A DNA stretch of 58,680 nucleotides from Myxococcota bacterium. Lineage in GTDB: Bacteria; Myxococcota; UBA4151. How positions within the stretch are numbered: the stretch's first letter is position 1; every line of letters starts with the position of its first letter. The translations under genes were made by a program, and so were the position numbers. The stretch spans positions 1 to 58,680 of the forward strand of contig JBDQPD010000007.1 in the NCBI GenBank assembly GCA_040260805.1, read 5' to 3'. Of this stretch, positions 1-9,128 are shown piece after piece. The notes under the pieces were generated by a model, which saw only the letters and a program-made list of their open reading frames with translations, was not told the DNA's origin and did not search any database.

Positions 1-224
1 CGAGTCGAGGGATCACGGTCAACTGTGTCGCTCCGGGCTTTGTGGATACGGATATGACTCAAGCGCTGCCCGAGGCACGTAAAGAGGCGATTTTGGCTGA
101 AGTTCCGATGGGGCGGATGGCTTTCGCTAGTGAGATCGCAGCGACCGTGGTGTTCCTAGCGAGCGCAGGCGGCGGTTACATCACCGGCCAAGTGCTCGGT
201 GTGAACGGCGGGTTGCATATGTAG
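1..224 (+). CDS. fabG: 3-oxoacyl-ACP reductase (SDR), 3' part only
   Basis: Frame from nt 3 reads SRGITVNCVAPGFVDTDMT...VPMGR...YITGQVLGVNGGLHM, the typical FabG C-terminus; truncated by the window start. Confidence 0.85.
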   Translation, partial: SRGITVNCVAPGFVDTDMTQALPEARKEAILAEVPMGRMAFASEIAATVVFLASAGGGYITGQVLGVNGGLHM

Positions 225-248
225 GAGCGCCTGGGCGGCTTGGCTCGA

Positions 249-1475
249 CTAAGCCGTCTTGCGCTTCTCAAACTCGAGCTTGGGTTCACCTTCGCCATCG
301 ATGACCTGGTCGGTGATCAGGCACTGACGAATGCCAGCTTTGTAGGGCACCTCGTATTCGATATCGAGTAGAGCGGATTCGACGATGCTGCGCAGGCTTC
401 GTGCTCCGCCCTTACGCTCGACTGCGATCGCAGCGATGCGCTTGAGCGCTGCCTCTTCAAAGTCGAGCTCAACGCCTTTCGCCCGAAACAGCTTCTTGTA
501 CTGGCGAACCAGCGCGTTCTTCGGCTCGGTCAGGATATGAACCAGATCATCTTCGGTCAGTTCATCAAGGGTGCAAAGAATTGGGATCCTGCCGGCGAAC
601 TCAGGGATCAGACCAAACTTGATGATGTCGCTCACTTGGGTCTGTCGAAGCATCTCCGTAAGCGAATCTCGGTCCGATTGCTGCTCTTCGGTGTCGGCAC
701 GAAAGCCGATCACGCGCTTGCCTAAGCGCCCCCCAATGATCTGTTCTAGGCCGGTGAATGAACCACCGACAATGAACAAGATGTTGGTGGTGTCTACCGC
801 TGTGCTCTCGCTCGGCGCGCCGCTGCGTCCTCGGTTCGTCACTTGGACACGCGTCCCCTCAACCAGCTTGAGTAGACCCTGTTGGACGCCTTCGCCGGAC
901 ACGTCTCGTGACTCACCGTGGCTTCCACCTCGTCGGGCGACTTTATCGATCTCATCGATGTAGACGATCCCGCGCTCGGCCATGCTGGCGTCACCTTCGG
1001 CAGCGTTGAGCAAGTTCGAAATAATCGATTCAACGTCTTCACCGACATAACCGGCTTCGGTGAGCGTCGTGGCGTCGGCGATGGTGTAGGGAACATCTAG
1101 GAATCGAGCGAGCGAGCGAACCAGTAAGGTTTTGCCGGTCCCAGTTGGCCCCACCATCATGATGTTCGATTTCTCGATTTCAGTCTCGGCGTTACGATCT
1201 TGGGTGATGCGCTTGTAATGGTTGTAGACTCCGACCGACAGCGCCACTTTGGCCCTATCTTGGCCAATGACATAGTTGTCTAAATGAGCCTTGATCGCAC
1301 GAGGCGAGGGGGGAACCAGTTCAACTCGAGCGCTGTCTTCGATGATCCCCAGACAGTCGTGAATGCAGCGGTCGCAGATGTAAACGCCGGGGCCAGCGAT
1401 CAATCGCTTGACCTCGCTTTGAGGCGCTCCACAGAAACTACACGTGAGTTCTTTGCTCTGCGTCTTTGCACTCAA
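249..1475 (-). CDS. clpX: ATP-dependent Clp protease ATP-binding subunit ClpX
   Basis: Zn-binding CSFC...CDRC, Walker A GPTGTGKT, GYVG pore loop, IDEIDK, RDVSGEGVQQGLLK, IGF loop. Likely TTG start at 1475 after GAGGAG (ORF track start 1496). Confidence 0.95.
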   Translation of the reverse strand: MSAKTQSKELTCSFCGAPQSEVKRLIAGPGVYICDRCIHDCLGIIEDSARVELVPPSPRAIKAHLDNYVIGQDRAKVALSVGVYNHYKRITQDRNAETEIEKSNIMMVGPTGTGKTLLVRSLARFLDVPYTIADATTLTEAGYVGEDVESIISNLLNAAEGDASMAERGIVYIDEIDKVARRGGSHGESRDVSGEGVQQGLLKLVEGTRVQVTNRGRSGAPSESTAVDTTNILFIVGGSFTGLEQIIGGRLGKRVIGFRADTEEQQSDRDSLTEMLRQTQVSDIIKFGLIPEFAGRIPILCTLDELTEDDLVHILTEPKNALVRQYKKLFRAKGVELDFEEAALKRIAAIAVERKGGARSLRSIVESALLDIEYEVPYKAGIRQCLITDQVIDGEGEPKLEFEKRKTA

Positions 1476-1713
1476 GTGGACCGTCTCCTCAAACATTACA
1501 CGACCTTGGAAGCCATAAGTTCAAACCGTTTAGGTTCCAAGGATTTTCCGATTTGTTTCGGCTGTTCCCTACATCGACACAATAGCCATGATCTTGATCA
1601 CTGCAATGGCTAAGACATTTGACCGTCTTGGGAACGTTGACCTTGACCTTCCGGCTCGCTAAGGACCGACGGCCTTAGGGCCGCCGTTGGCCCCCAAAAA
1701 CTAAGGATCTTGT

Positions 1714-3474
1714 ATGAGCAACGAAGACCCGATCCTCGATCAAGAACAAACCCTTTCCGAAGAGACGGAAGCATGGGGTAGCCGCAAGGAGTCTGGCGTT
1801 GGCGCCGGGACCTTCCTTGGCTCGGTGATCCTCATCGGAGGCCTCGGTGGCGGTTTAGTCTTTATGCAGTGGAACAAGCTGCAGCGTTTCGAGGCTGCCC
1901 AAGTTCAGATCAAAGAGGCCATTGAGGTCTTAGAAAACGATGGCAGTTTTGGCGCCGTCAAGCGAGCAAGGAAAGCGCTGAACTCGGCGCTCTCTGAGGT
2001 CGACGAGGATGCGATCGCAACCTCGAAACTGGCGCTGCTCGAGGCTCAGAGCTTGCTGCATGATGGGGACGGCGAAGCGCGAGCACGCGCTCAAGCATCG
2101 CTGGCGATCGCAGAAGCGAATGGGTTTGAAAAGGGAGAGCGTTTCGCCGCTCAGGCTCTTTTAGACCTCGCTGACAACAAGCCTGACAAAGTGGTCAAGG
2201 ATCTCAAGGTGATCTTTGATCGCGGTGGAAACTCAGGCGATCTTTTCTTCGTCTTTGGTCTGGCTCAAACCATGCTCGGTGAAGCCGGCGCAGGCGCTGA
2301 ACAGATTCGCAAAGCCGCTGAAGCTGCGCAAAACAATGTGTGGTTTGCGACCGCCTCTGCGGAGGCGAACTATCGCGCCGACAACCTGACGGGCGCGATG
2401 AAGGCTTTAGGTCCGCTGAACAGCGGCGCCGCAAAGAAGAAGCGTCTACGTTACCTCGCCCTGCAGATGTATTACGGGCTTCAGTATGGCAAAGATCCCA
2501 AGGGTACCCTGCCGAAGTTTAACGGTGTCGAAGGTCGACTCAAAAAGGCTGAGAAAGACTTTAAGAAAGTGGGCGGCGAGCTGAGCCCTGTCGGTAATGC
2601 GGTGGTTGCAAATACCTACGCAGAGGCTGCTTACCGCAACGGTAAGATGGATGACGCTCGCAAGGCGCTCAAGAACGTCGACAAGGCGATTGGCAAAGCG
2701 AAGACCCCTCTAGTCGTAGCGTCCGAGAACGCGAAAGCGGCGTATTTGCGTGGTCGCATCGCTCTGGTTGAAGGTGATTTAGCGACTGCTGAAAAGCAGA
2801 TGATGAAAGCCTTGTCCAAGCTTGACCCAATGCACGCTCCTCGCACTGCAGGTGCGATCGATGCGACCATCAACGCAGGCGCTTTTGACCTCGCGGACAA
2901 GCTGGTCAAAGTGTACGAAGACGCTAAATACCGCCGTGACGGTAAAAAGGTCACTGGTAAGAACCGCAACCAAATGGTGGCGGACGATTACGATCGCTTC
3001 ATCTGGAAGATGCGGATTGCCTTGGGTCGTGGAGCGGCGAGTAAAGATAAGAAAATCAAGGCACGCCTTGCGGATTCGATCCTCAACAAGAAGACCGGGT
3101 TGGTAGAGAAGGCTTTATCTTCGAACACCCCGGGAAGCGCCCGACGCACGCTCAACTTGATGAAGGCAAACGCCATGATCCTCAAGGGTGATAAAGACGC
3201 TGCGCAGAAGGTGTACGAGAACTGGTTGGGTAACGAGCCTAAGCAGATGGCCCGGCCCGAAACCCAAGAAGCGCTGGCGAACCTGTACATCGCGCACAAG
3301 AGCTGGACAGAGGCTGAGGCTGCCATCCAAAAGGCTGGTAACCTCTACGGCGGTAAAGGTTATGATGTGCACACCACGCGTCGTGTCTATCGCCTCTACG
3401 CCCGTTTCTGGCGCGCCAAAGGTGACAAACGAAAAGCGAAGGTTTGGGCTGATAAGGCGGCTGGAAAAGGCTGA
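1714..3474 (+). CDS. Membrane-anchored TPR-like helical repeat protein
   Basis: One N-terminal hydrophobic segment followed by Ala-rich helical repeats (e.g. AAYLRGRIALVEGDLATAEKQMMKAL); AAGGA RBS. Confidence 0.65.
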   Translation: MSNEDPILDQEQTLSEETEAWGSRKESGVGAGTFLGSVILIGGLGGGLVFMQWNKLQRFEAAQVQIKEAIEVLENDGSFGAVKRARKALNSALSEVDEDAIATSKLALLEAQSLLHDGDGEARARAQASLAIAEANGFEKGERFAAQALLDLADNKPDKVVKDLKVIFDRGGNSGDLFFVFGLAQTMLGEAGAGAEQIRKAAEAAQNNVWFATASAEANYRADNLTGAMKALGPLNSGAAKKKRLRYLALQMYYGLQYGKDPKGTLPKFNGVEGRLKKAEKDFKKVGGELSPVGNAVVANTYAEAAYRNGKMDDARKALKNVDKAIGKAKTPLVVASENAKAAYLRGRIALVEGDLATAEKQMMKALSKLDPMHAPRTAGAIDATINAGAFDLADKLVKVYEDAKYRRDGKKVTGKNRNQMVADDYDRFIWKMRIALGRGAASKDKKIKARLADSILNKKTGLVEKALSSNTPGSARRTLNLMKANAMILKGDKDAAQKVYENWLGNEPKQMARPETQEALANLYIAHKSWTEAEAAIQKAGNLYGGKGYDVHTTRRVYRLYARFWRAKGDKRKAKVWADKAAGKG

Positions 3475-3499
3475 GCGATTCATCGCAAACCCAGTGAAT

Positions 3500-3535
3500 C
3501 GGCGAGGGGCTTTGAGCCTCTCGTCGTGCTTTTTT
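3500..3535 (+). terminator. Probable intrinsic terminator
   Basis: CGGCGAGGGGCT-TTG-AGCCTCTCGTCG hairpin followed by TGCTTTTTT, just after the 3474 stop. Confidence 0.7.
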
Positions 3536-3611
3536 GGTCGCATCTGGCAAGCTCCCGCCATTGACCGCTCGCGTGAGCGCGAGCTATCGTGCCATCCTTG
3601 GAGAGTTGATC

Positions 3612-6218
3612 GTGCAACTTAGACACCTGCTTTATTCAGCGTTGATCTTCGTCGTCATGGCTTGTGGCGGTGGCGAGGGCGGTTGTGCGGGCTGTGCTTG
3701 CTTGGAGCCACTTGAGGGTGGTTTCCCGGTGGACCAACTGGCGAACAGCGCAGGTCAGGTTCGCGTGACAGCCTCGGGGCTGGATTTTATTGAATCCAAC
3801 ATCAACCCGATCCTGGGGAGCTTCGTGGGGATGACGTGCCCTGATGGGGAGACCCCATGCCCGACCAACGCTCAGTGCGTGGGTGGCCGCTGTGTTCGCA
3901 ACGGCGAGCCGATCTCGACGATCGGTTTTAGAGTGCCACCGACGAACAGCAACGGCGCTCGCATTTGCGAAGGTGCGGGGCGGCGTGACTGCAACGTCTT
4001 TATCGATATGCGCAGTGTGGAGATGAACCCGGTCGATCCGAACCAGATTAATGTGAATGCGCGGATGGACATTAGCTCCGATGCGATCAAGGTCCGTTGG
4101 TCCTTTATTCGCTGTGATATTACCGTTCGAGCGAACAACAAGCGGGTCGGAATTCCGCTGACGCTTCGAGCGGACAACCCGCTCCGCCGGATGGCGATCG
4201 ACGTCGGAGACCCTGACTTCTCGATCGAGAGCAATGACGTGCGCTTGTGCAGCGGCTTGAACTGGCTGCGCGGTCTGATCATCGGCTTGTTGCGCGGGAC
4301 CATCAACGATCAGCTGCGTGACGCCGTGCGCGGCGCAGTGGACGAAAATCTGTTCCAAACCTGCGCCAACGGTTGCCCCGAAAATACGGAGTGCTCAGAC
4401 GATTACTGCCGCTTCCCTGGGGGCGGTAAGGTGCCGATTGCCTTGGGCGTTGAGGGCCGTTTGGATCTCGCTGAGATGTTGGCGGGAGCAGGACCTGAAG
4501 GGCTGCTTGGAGGACAAGTTGATATTGGCTTAGTCGCCGGCGGCACGGCGGGGACACGTGGTGGCGGCGTTGAGGTGGGCTTGATGGGCGGCGCCCAGGT
4601 CGAGCAAGCCGCGGCCTGCGTTCCAACGATTGACCAAGAGCTTCCCGAGATCAGTCCGGTGCAGTTTACGGACAGCGCAGACCGTCGATGCGAGGGGCGT
4701 GAGAACGAATGCGGTGACGGCAACAGCTGCGACCAAGGATTCTGCGTTGATGGGGGCGGCAACCGCATCCAGGCTCCGTTCCATTTGGGCTTCGGTTTAG
4801 CCCAGCAGTACATGGAGCACGCCTTACTTGGCTTTCATCAAGGCGGCGCCTTGTGCATCAAAGTCGGCAGCGAGCTCTCCGAGCTGATCTCGTCCGGTAC
4901 GATGAGTTTGCTGATGCCCTCGATCACGCAGTTGATTTCAGGTCACCAGCCGTCTCCCGCGCCGATGCGGTTGAGCATCGTCCCGAGAGCCGTACCGTCG
5001 CTTGAGATCGGGGCTGGGCGTTATGAGATGCAAGACGGGGAGCGCGTCATGGTCGAACCCTTGATGCATATTAACGTCGATGATCTCGCCATCAACTTTG
5101 AGTTGATGGTTCAAGACCGCTTCGTCCAAGTGGCGACGGTGCTTGCAGACCTGCGGATCGGCATGGGCCTAACCCTTGATGGCGACAACAACTTAGTGCT
5201 TGCGATGAGCGACCCCGGACAGTGGATCAGCGGTGTTGAGGTCCAAGACGCAAAGATTCTGCTCGAGAGTGAAGAAGAGATCGCCGAGGCGATCCCTGCG
5301 CTTCTTGAGTTGGCGCTGCCCCTATTGCTCGGCAATCTCGACAGCGGGTTTGCCCTTCCAGAGCTTGGTATCTTTAGCCTGAGCATCGACTCGATGGGCG
5401 GCGTACGCTTGCGCCCTGAGCCTGGCGACGATGGTCTGGATCGTTATGATTACCTCGGCTTGTTCGCCTCGCTCGGGATCAGCGAAGGTCAGCCCAATAC
5501 CCTTGAAGTGGGAACGGTCGCCGAGCTCGTTGCGGTGGATCAAGGTCAGACGGATGGGTACCGGGTGACGCATCCGGGCGCTTTGTTCGTGCCTAGCGTG
5601 GACATTGAGCTCGGTCTGACCGGCGCCGGTCGAACGGGTTACGAATACAGCTGGCGCGTGGACGATGGACTCTGGCGCATCGCTCAACCCGCACAAGACG
5701 GACAGGTCATTACGCTTCGAAGTCATCTGTTTAGTTTGCAGGGCCCGCACCGGATTGAGCTGCGCGGACGCGTCGCCGGCAACCCGGCAACGACCGATAA
5801 GTCGCCTGCGGTACTCGACATTGTGATCGACACCGAGGGCCCTGAACTCAGCGTGACCCGAAGCGGCTCGGTGCTGCATGTCGTCGCCACCGACCGGGTG
5901 TGGTCGGCTGATCAAGTCTCGGTCGAGCTGCTCGCCGATGGTGAGGTGGTCGCTGAAGGCCTAGGCTCAATGGATGTCGAATGGCCTGAGGATGCGAGGG
6001 TGGTCAGCGTGCGAGCGCAAGATGGCTCTGAGCGGGTAACCACTGAGCTGCTGGCGCTGCCGAGTATTGAGCCCCTGAGCGGACAAGGTGGCGTACCGAT
6101 AAACCTCGATGCGGTCGATTCAGCACAAGGCTGTAGTTGCGACGCCGTGAGCCTGACTTCACCCCTTTGGCTGACGCCCTTGATCGCTCTTAGGCGTCGT
6201 CGTCGGCGGAGCGCTTGA
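3612..6218 (+). CDS. Cys-rich lipoprotein with MYXO-CTERM-type tail; probable BPI/LBP (TULIP)-like lipid-binding region
   Basis: GTG start after GGAGAG; lipobox VMAC; Cys-rich inserts; C-terminal GCSC + hydrophobic stretch + RRRRRR; GFGLAQQYMEHALLGFHQGG resembles a BPI-family strand-helix motif. Confidence 0.6.
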   Translation: MQLRHLLYSALIFVVMACGGGEGGCAGCACLEPLEGGFPVDQLANSAGQVRVTASGLDFIESNINPILGSFVGMTCPDGETPCPTNAQCVGGRCVRNGEPISTIGFRVPPTNSNGARICEGAGRRDCNVFIDMRSVEMNPVDPNQINVNARMDISSDAIKVRWSFIRCDITVRANNKRVGIPLTLRADNPLRRMAIDVGDPDFSIESNDVRLCSGLNWLRGLIIGLLRGTINDQLRDAVRGAVDENLFQTCANGCPENTECSDDYCRFPGGGKVPIALGVEGRLDLAEMLAGAGPEGLLGGQVDIGLVAGGTAGTRGGGVEVGLMGGAQVEQAAACVPTIDQELPEISPVQFTDSADRRCEGRENECGDGNSCDQGFCVDGGGNRIQAPFHLGFGLAQQYMEHALLGFHQGGALCIKVGSELSELISSGTMSLLMPSITQLISGHQPSPAPMRLSIVPRAVPSLEIGAGRYEMQDGERVMVEPLMHINVDDLAINFELMVQDRFVQVATVLADLRIGMGLTLDGDNNLVLAMSDPGQWISGVEVQDAKILLESEEEIAEAIPALLELALPLLLGNLDSGFALPELGIFSLSIDSMGGVRLRPEPGDDGLDRYDYLGLFASLGISEGQPNTLEVGTVAELVAVDQGQTDGYRVTHPGALFVPSVDIELGLTGAGRTGYEYSWRVDDGLWRIAQPAQDGQVITLRSHLFSLQGPHRIELRGRVAGNPATTDKSPAVLDIVIDTEGPELSVTRSGSVLHVVATDRVWSADQVSVELLADGEVVAEGLGSMDVEWPEDARVVSVRAQDGSERVTTELLALPSIEPLSGQGGVPINLDAVDSAQGCSCDAVSLTSPLWLTPLIALRRRRRRSA

Positions 6219-6721
6219 TGCGCATTGGTCCTGTTCTGGTGGCGCTGCTTGCGCTGGGTGCTTGTGAACAAAGCGATCTGGTCGGTCCGCCCTCGATTAT
6301 TTACGAAGTGCAGGGTCAGGATGCTGTGCATGTCCGTAATCAGGGCTCAAAGACTGCTCATAGGGTCGACCTGGTCTTTCGGGCTGGTTCGCAGCAGGCG
6401 CGTGGGTGTCGAGTGGGAAGCGGAGCTGATGATGGCGTTTTCGTCGGCGCCGAAAGCGAGCTGGTCTCGATTACGCTTCACAACTTTAAAGCAGGCCAAG
6501 AGATGATCGCTGAATGCGAATCAGGGACCGATCTCCGGTATTTCCGGGGTGATGTGAGCGTCGGCCAAATTATTGCTTACGAAGAAGCCTCTGAGGTGCC
6601 CTTTCGGCGCACCTCCATGCTTTGGGTTGTCTTCCTCAGCGGCATCGCCGCTTTGATGCTCTTGAGTTTCTTTATCTCACTGGTTTTGGATCGGTTCTTC
6701 GGTCGGCTTGGCGAGGCCTAG
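6215..6721 (+). CDS. Hypothetical lipoprotein with C-terminal transmembrane helix
   Basis: Lipobox LGAC; C-terminal hydrophobic helix; start overlaps the previous stop. Confidence 0.6.
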   Translation: MMRIGPVLVALLALGACEQSDLVGPPSIIYEVQGQDAVHVRNQGSKTAHRVDLVFRAGSQQARGCRVGSGADDGVFVGAESELVSITLHNFKAGQEMIAECESGTDLRYFRGDVSVGQIIAYEEASEVPFRRTSMLWVVFLSGIAALMLLSFFISLVLDRFFGRLGEA

Positions 6722-6725
6722 TCGA

Positions 6726-7811
6726 CTAGCGAGGGTCCTCGCAAAAGAAGCTTCGCCGAGCATCGCATGAGGCGTCATTCCAGCGCCCGCCACCGGTAAA
6801 CTCAACGCAATCTTCATTGCCGCCCCAGTTGTTGGGTTCGCCACGATTCCAGTTTGAATACCCGCTGGTGCGGCTGTCCCAAACCCAAGCGCCCTCTTCG
6901 AGCTGGTCGCTTAGACCAATCCAGGGGCTGGTGTTGTTCGCTGCGCTAAACAGGATCTCATTGTCGCGTTCATTATCGATCGTCGCCAGGGTCATGCCGA
7001 CCGTTTCGCAATGCTCCACAGCTTGCGCTCGCTGGCGGGGCTGCCAGCACAAAGCGGTGCGCCGCACTCTGCGATCAACGGCTTGGCAGCCGACCGGGAG
7101 ACTGTTTTCGTCATCTTCCCAGCGGCAATTGGTGTCGCAGCCATCGCCATTACGCCGGTTGCCGTCATCGCATTCTTCACCCGCTTCAACGATCGCATTA
7201 CCGCAGATCGGCTCAGGCGCTCCGGAAGGTCCTTCGATCACCAAAGTGTAACCACCATTGGTCGCCTCGGGATCAAAATGTCGGACGGCAACGGCGTAGC
7301 GCGTGTCCGCCCAGAGCATCTCCCTGATTTGGCAGTTTTCACCCTCTCCGCTGTCATCATTGGAGTACAAGGCAACATCCTCTGGGGTGGCGAGGGAGAG
7401 GACACAAAAGGTGTCGGTTCTGCCTTGCGTCGCGATGCGATAGGTTCCCGCTCCGGTGGTGCGAACGATAAAGTAGTCGAGATCTTCTTCGTAATTGATC
7501 ACGCCGGTGGTTGCGCTGTTGGACTCGACAGCCGTCCCGCGCTCGACAGAATTTCCATGGTCATCTTGGCGCTCAGGCTCCACGCCAGAATCAGGGGGTG
7601 TCGGTGGGGTGCCGGCATCCGATCGATCGGCAGCGCCGGTGTCTGCGTTTGCGTTGCCCGCATCACCTGGCGCGGGGGTGCCTTCGCCAGAGTCGGCTTG
7701 GAATCCTGCATCGGAAGTTATCGGCGAACCGACATCAGAAGCGATTCCCGGTCCCACTACATCGACTCCGCAGCCGAGCACAAAGCAAAGGATCAACGAA
7801 CCTTTTCGCAT
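6726..7811 (-). CDS. Lipoprotein with PPC-like domain, Myxococcus Cys-rich repeat and C-type lectin domain
   Basis: Lipobox VLGC after ATG 7811; DDHGN...DLDYF PPC-like segment; CGNAIVEAGEECDDGNRRNGDGCDTNC repeat; WIGLSD, EPNN, EDC, WND..C lectin motifs. Confidence 0.85.
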   Translation of the reverse strand: MRKGSLILCFVLGCGVDVVGPGIASDVGSPITSDAGFQADSGEGTPAPGDAGNANADTGAADRSDAGTPPTPPDSGVEPERQDDHGNSVERGTAVESNSATTGVINYEEDLDYFIVRTTGAGTYRIATQGRTDTFCVLSLATPEDVALYSNDDSGEGENCQIREMLWADTRYAVAVRHFDPEATNGGYTLVIEGPSGAPEPICGNAIVEAGEECDDGNRRNGDGCDTNCRWEDDENSLPVGCQAVDRRVRRTALCWQPRQRAQAVEHCETVGMTLATIDNERDNEILFSAANNTSPWIGLSDQLEEGAWVWDSRTSGYSNWNRGEPNNWGGNEDCVEFTGGGRWNDASCDARRSFFCEDPR

Positions 7812-7877
7812 GGCAACCCCCTGAGACATGGGAACACTAAACTGGATTACACGCCGATCCACCATCAACATTTTGCC

Positions 7878-9128
7878 CTAGAACGACAGACTCTGCTCGT
7901 TGCAATCGATTGAGGCATACGAGCCTGAACCCTTGCGCATCGTGATGTGCCCACATCCCGAAAGGCTTCGTGCAGGCCATGCCGTGGCGTCGCACCGATC
8001 TGTTTGCGTCTGTCCCGCGCCGGTGCTTAGCACGGTGCCTGACTCGGCCCATCGAGCGAGCACTTCGGTGGTCGGGTGGCAGTGATCATTATTGGTCCCC
8101 AAGCTCACCACGGCGATCCGTGGGCGAAGCGCTTCGACCAAGGCGCGGCTCGACGATGAACGCGAGCCGTGGTGGGGTATTTTTACAAAGGCAACGGGTC
8201 TGAGTTCTTGGCTCAATGGCGCTTCGACGTCAGGCGTACTCAATCCTCCACCGGTGAGGTCGCCTCCGAACCAACCGCACCAATCATCCAGACACACGGT
8301 GGCGGTGACGGAGCGTGCGTTGGCATGCTCTGAGGCTTCAGCAGAGGCGGTGCTGGTCTGCGTCGCTCCACCGGCCGAAACGATCTCCAGCTTGAACCCA
8401 CCTGGCCCTTCGATTCGATCGCCGGGTTGAGCGATGATGCGCTGGATTCGAGCATCGATGAGCTCGTTGACCGAGCGTGCGATCTGAGTGTTGCGCTGCG
8501 CCAACGCCCCATCTTCAAGGACCGCCCCAACGATCAGATCATCGGCGCTGTCTCGAACCCCATCAGGTCCGAGCAGCAATTCCGGTAAGCCGCCGATGTG
8601 GTCGGCGTCGGTATGGGTGAGGATGACTCGCTCAAGACGTTCCACGTCGTGATGCTCGAGTCGGCTTCGAATCGCTTGAGCTGCGCCTACCGGCCCGCAG
8701 TCGATCAGATAAGCCGAGCCGTCTGGAGCGATCACCAGCTGGGCATCACCTTGACCGACATCGATAAACTCGACGATCAGTTCCGCCTCGTACACGGTCA
8801 AAGTTGCCGTGGACTCCTCGCCATCGAGTTGAACCTCGTGCGTTCCAGCTTCAAGCGGGGGCACGTCGACGAAGGCGTTATCACCTCGCCGCTGGATCAG
8901 GAGCTCTCGATCGGCGACGCTTAGGGTCGTCCAGTCCGAGCCGTCTTGGCCAGCCCCGAAAATGAGCTCCAGCCGATTCGAGCCTGTGTTGGGCACGGTG
9001 CTAGGGCTGAGTTGAAGGTCAATCGGCGAACATCCTAGCACCAAAGCAGCAATCCATAGGCCGCTTACTTGCCGACTAAGGGCAATCGATGCAGTCTCGC
9101 GCCATGCGCTTCGTCTTCGCTTCAACAC
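7878..9128 (-). CDS. ComEC/Rec2-type metallo-beta-lactamase-fold hydrolase, probable lipoprotein
   Basis: DVGQGDA, IDCG, THTDADHIGG, GGD, KIPHHGS, HP motifs; lipobox VLGC; lacks the ComEC membrane domain; start uncertain. Confidence 0.85.
   Translation of the reverse strand: MLKRRRSAWRETASIALSRQVSGLWIAALVLGCSPIDLQLSPSTVPNTGSNRLELIFGAGQDGSDWTTLSVADRELLIQRRGDNAFVDVPPLEAGTHEVQLDGEESTATLTVYEAELIVEFIDVGQGDAQLVIAPDGSAYLIDCGPVGAAQAIRSRLEHHDVERLERVILTHTDADHIGGLPELLLGPDGVRDSADDLIVGAVLEDGALAQRNTQIARSVNELIDARIQRIIAQPGDRIEGPGGFKLEIVSAGGATQTSTASAEASEHANARSVTATVCLDDWCGWFGGDLTGGGLSTPDVEAPLSQELRPVAFVKIPHHGSRSSSSRALVEALRPRIAVVSLGTNNDHCHPTTEVLARWAESGTVLSTGAGQTQTDRCDATAWPARSLSGCGHITMRKGSGSYASIDCNEQSLSF

Noticed and set aside
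1497..1713. Several short inverted repeats between clpX and the TPR gene (CCTTGGAA/TTCCAAGG, TAGCCAT/ATGGCTA) suggesting an sRNA or riboswitch
   Set aside because: Stems of only 7-8 bp with long loops and no recognisable RNA family motif; compatible with an ordinary divergent promoter region
7011..7913. 300-aa plus-strand ORF
   Set aside because: Antisense shadow of the well-supported lectin gene; no motifs
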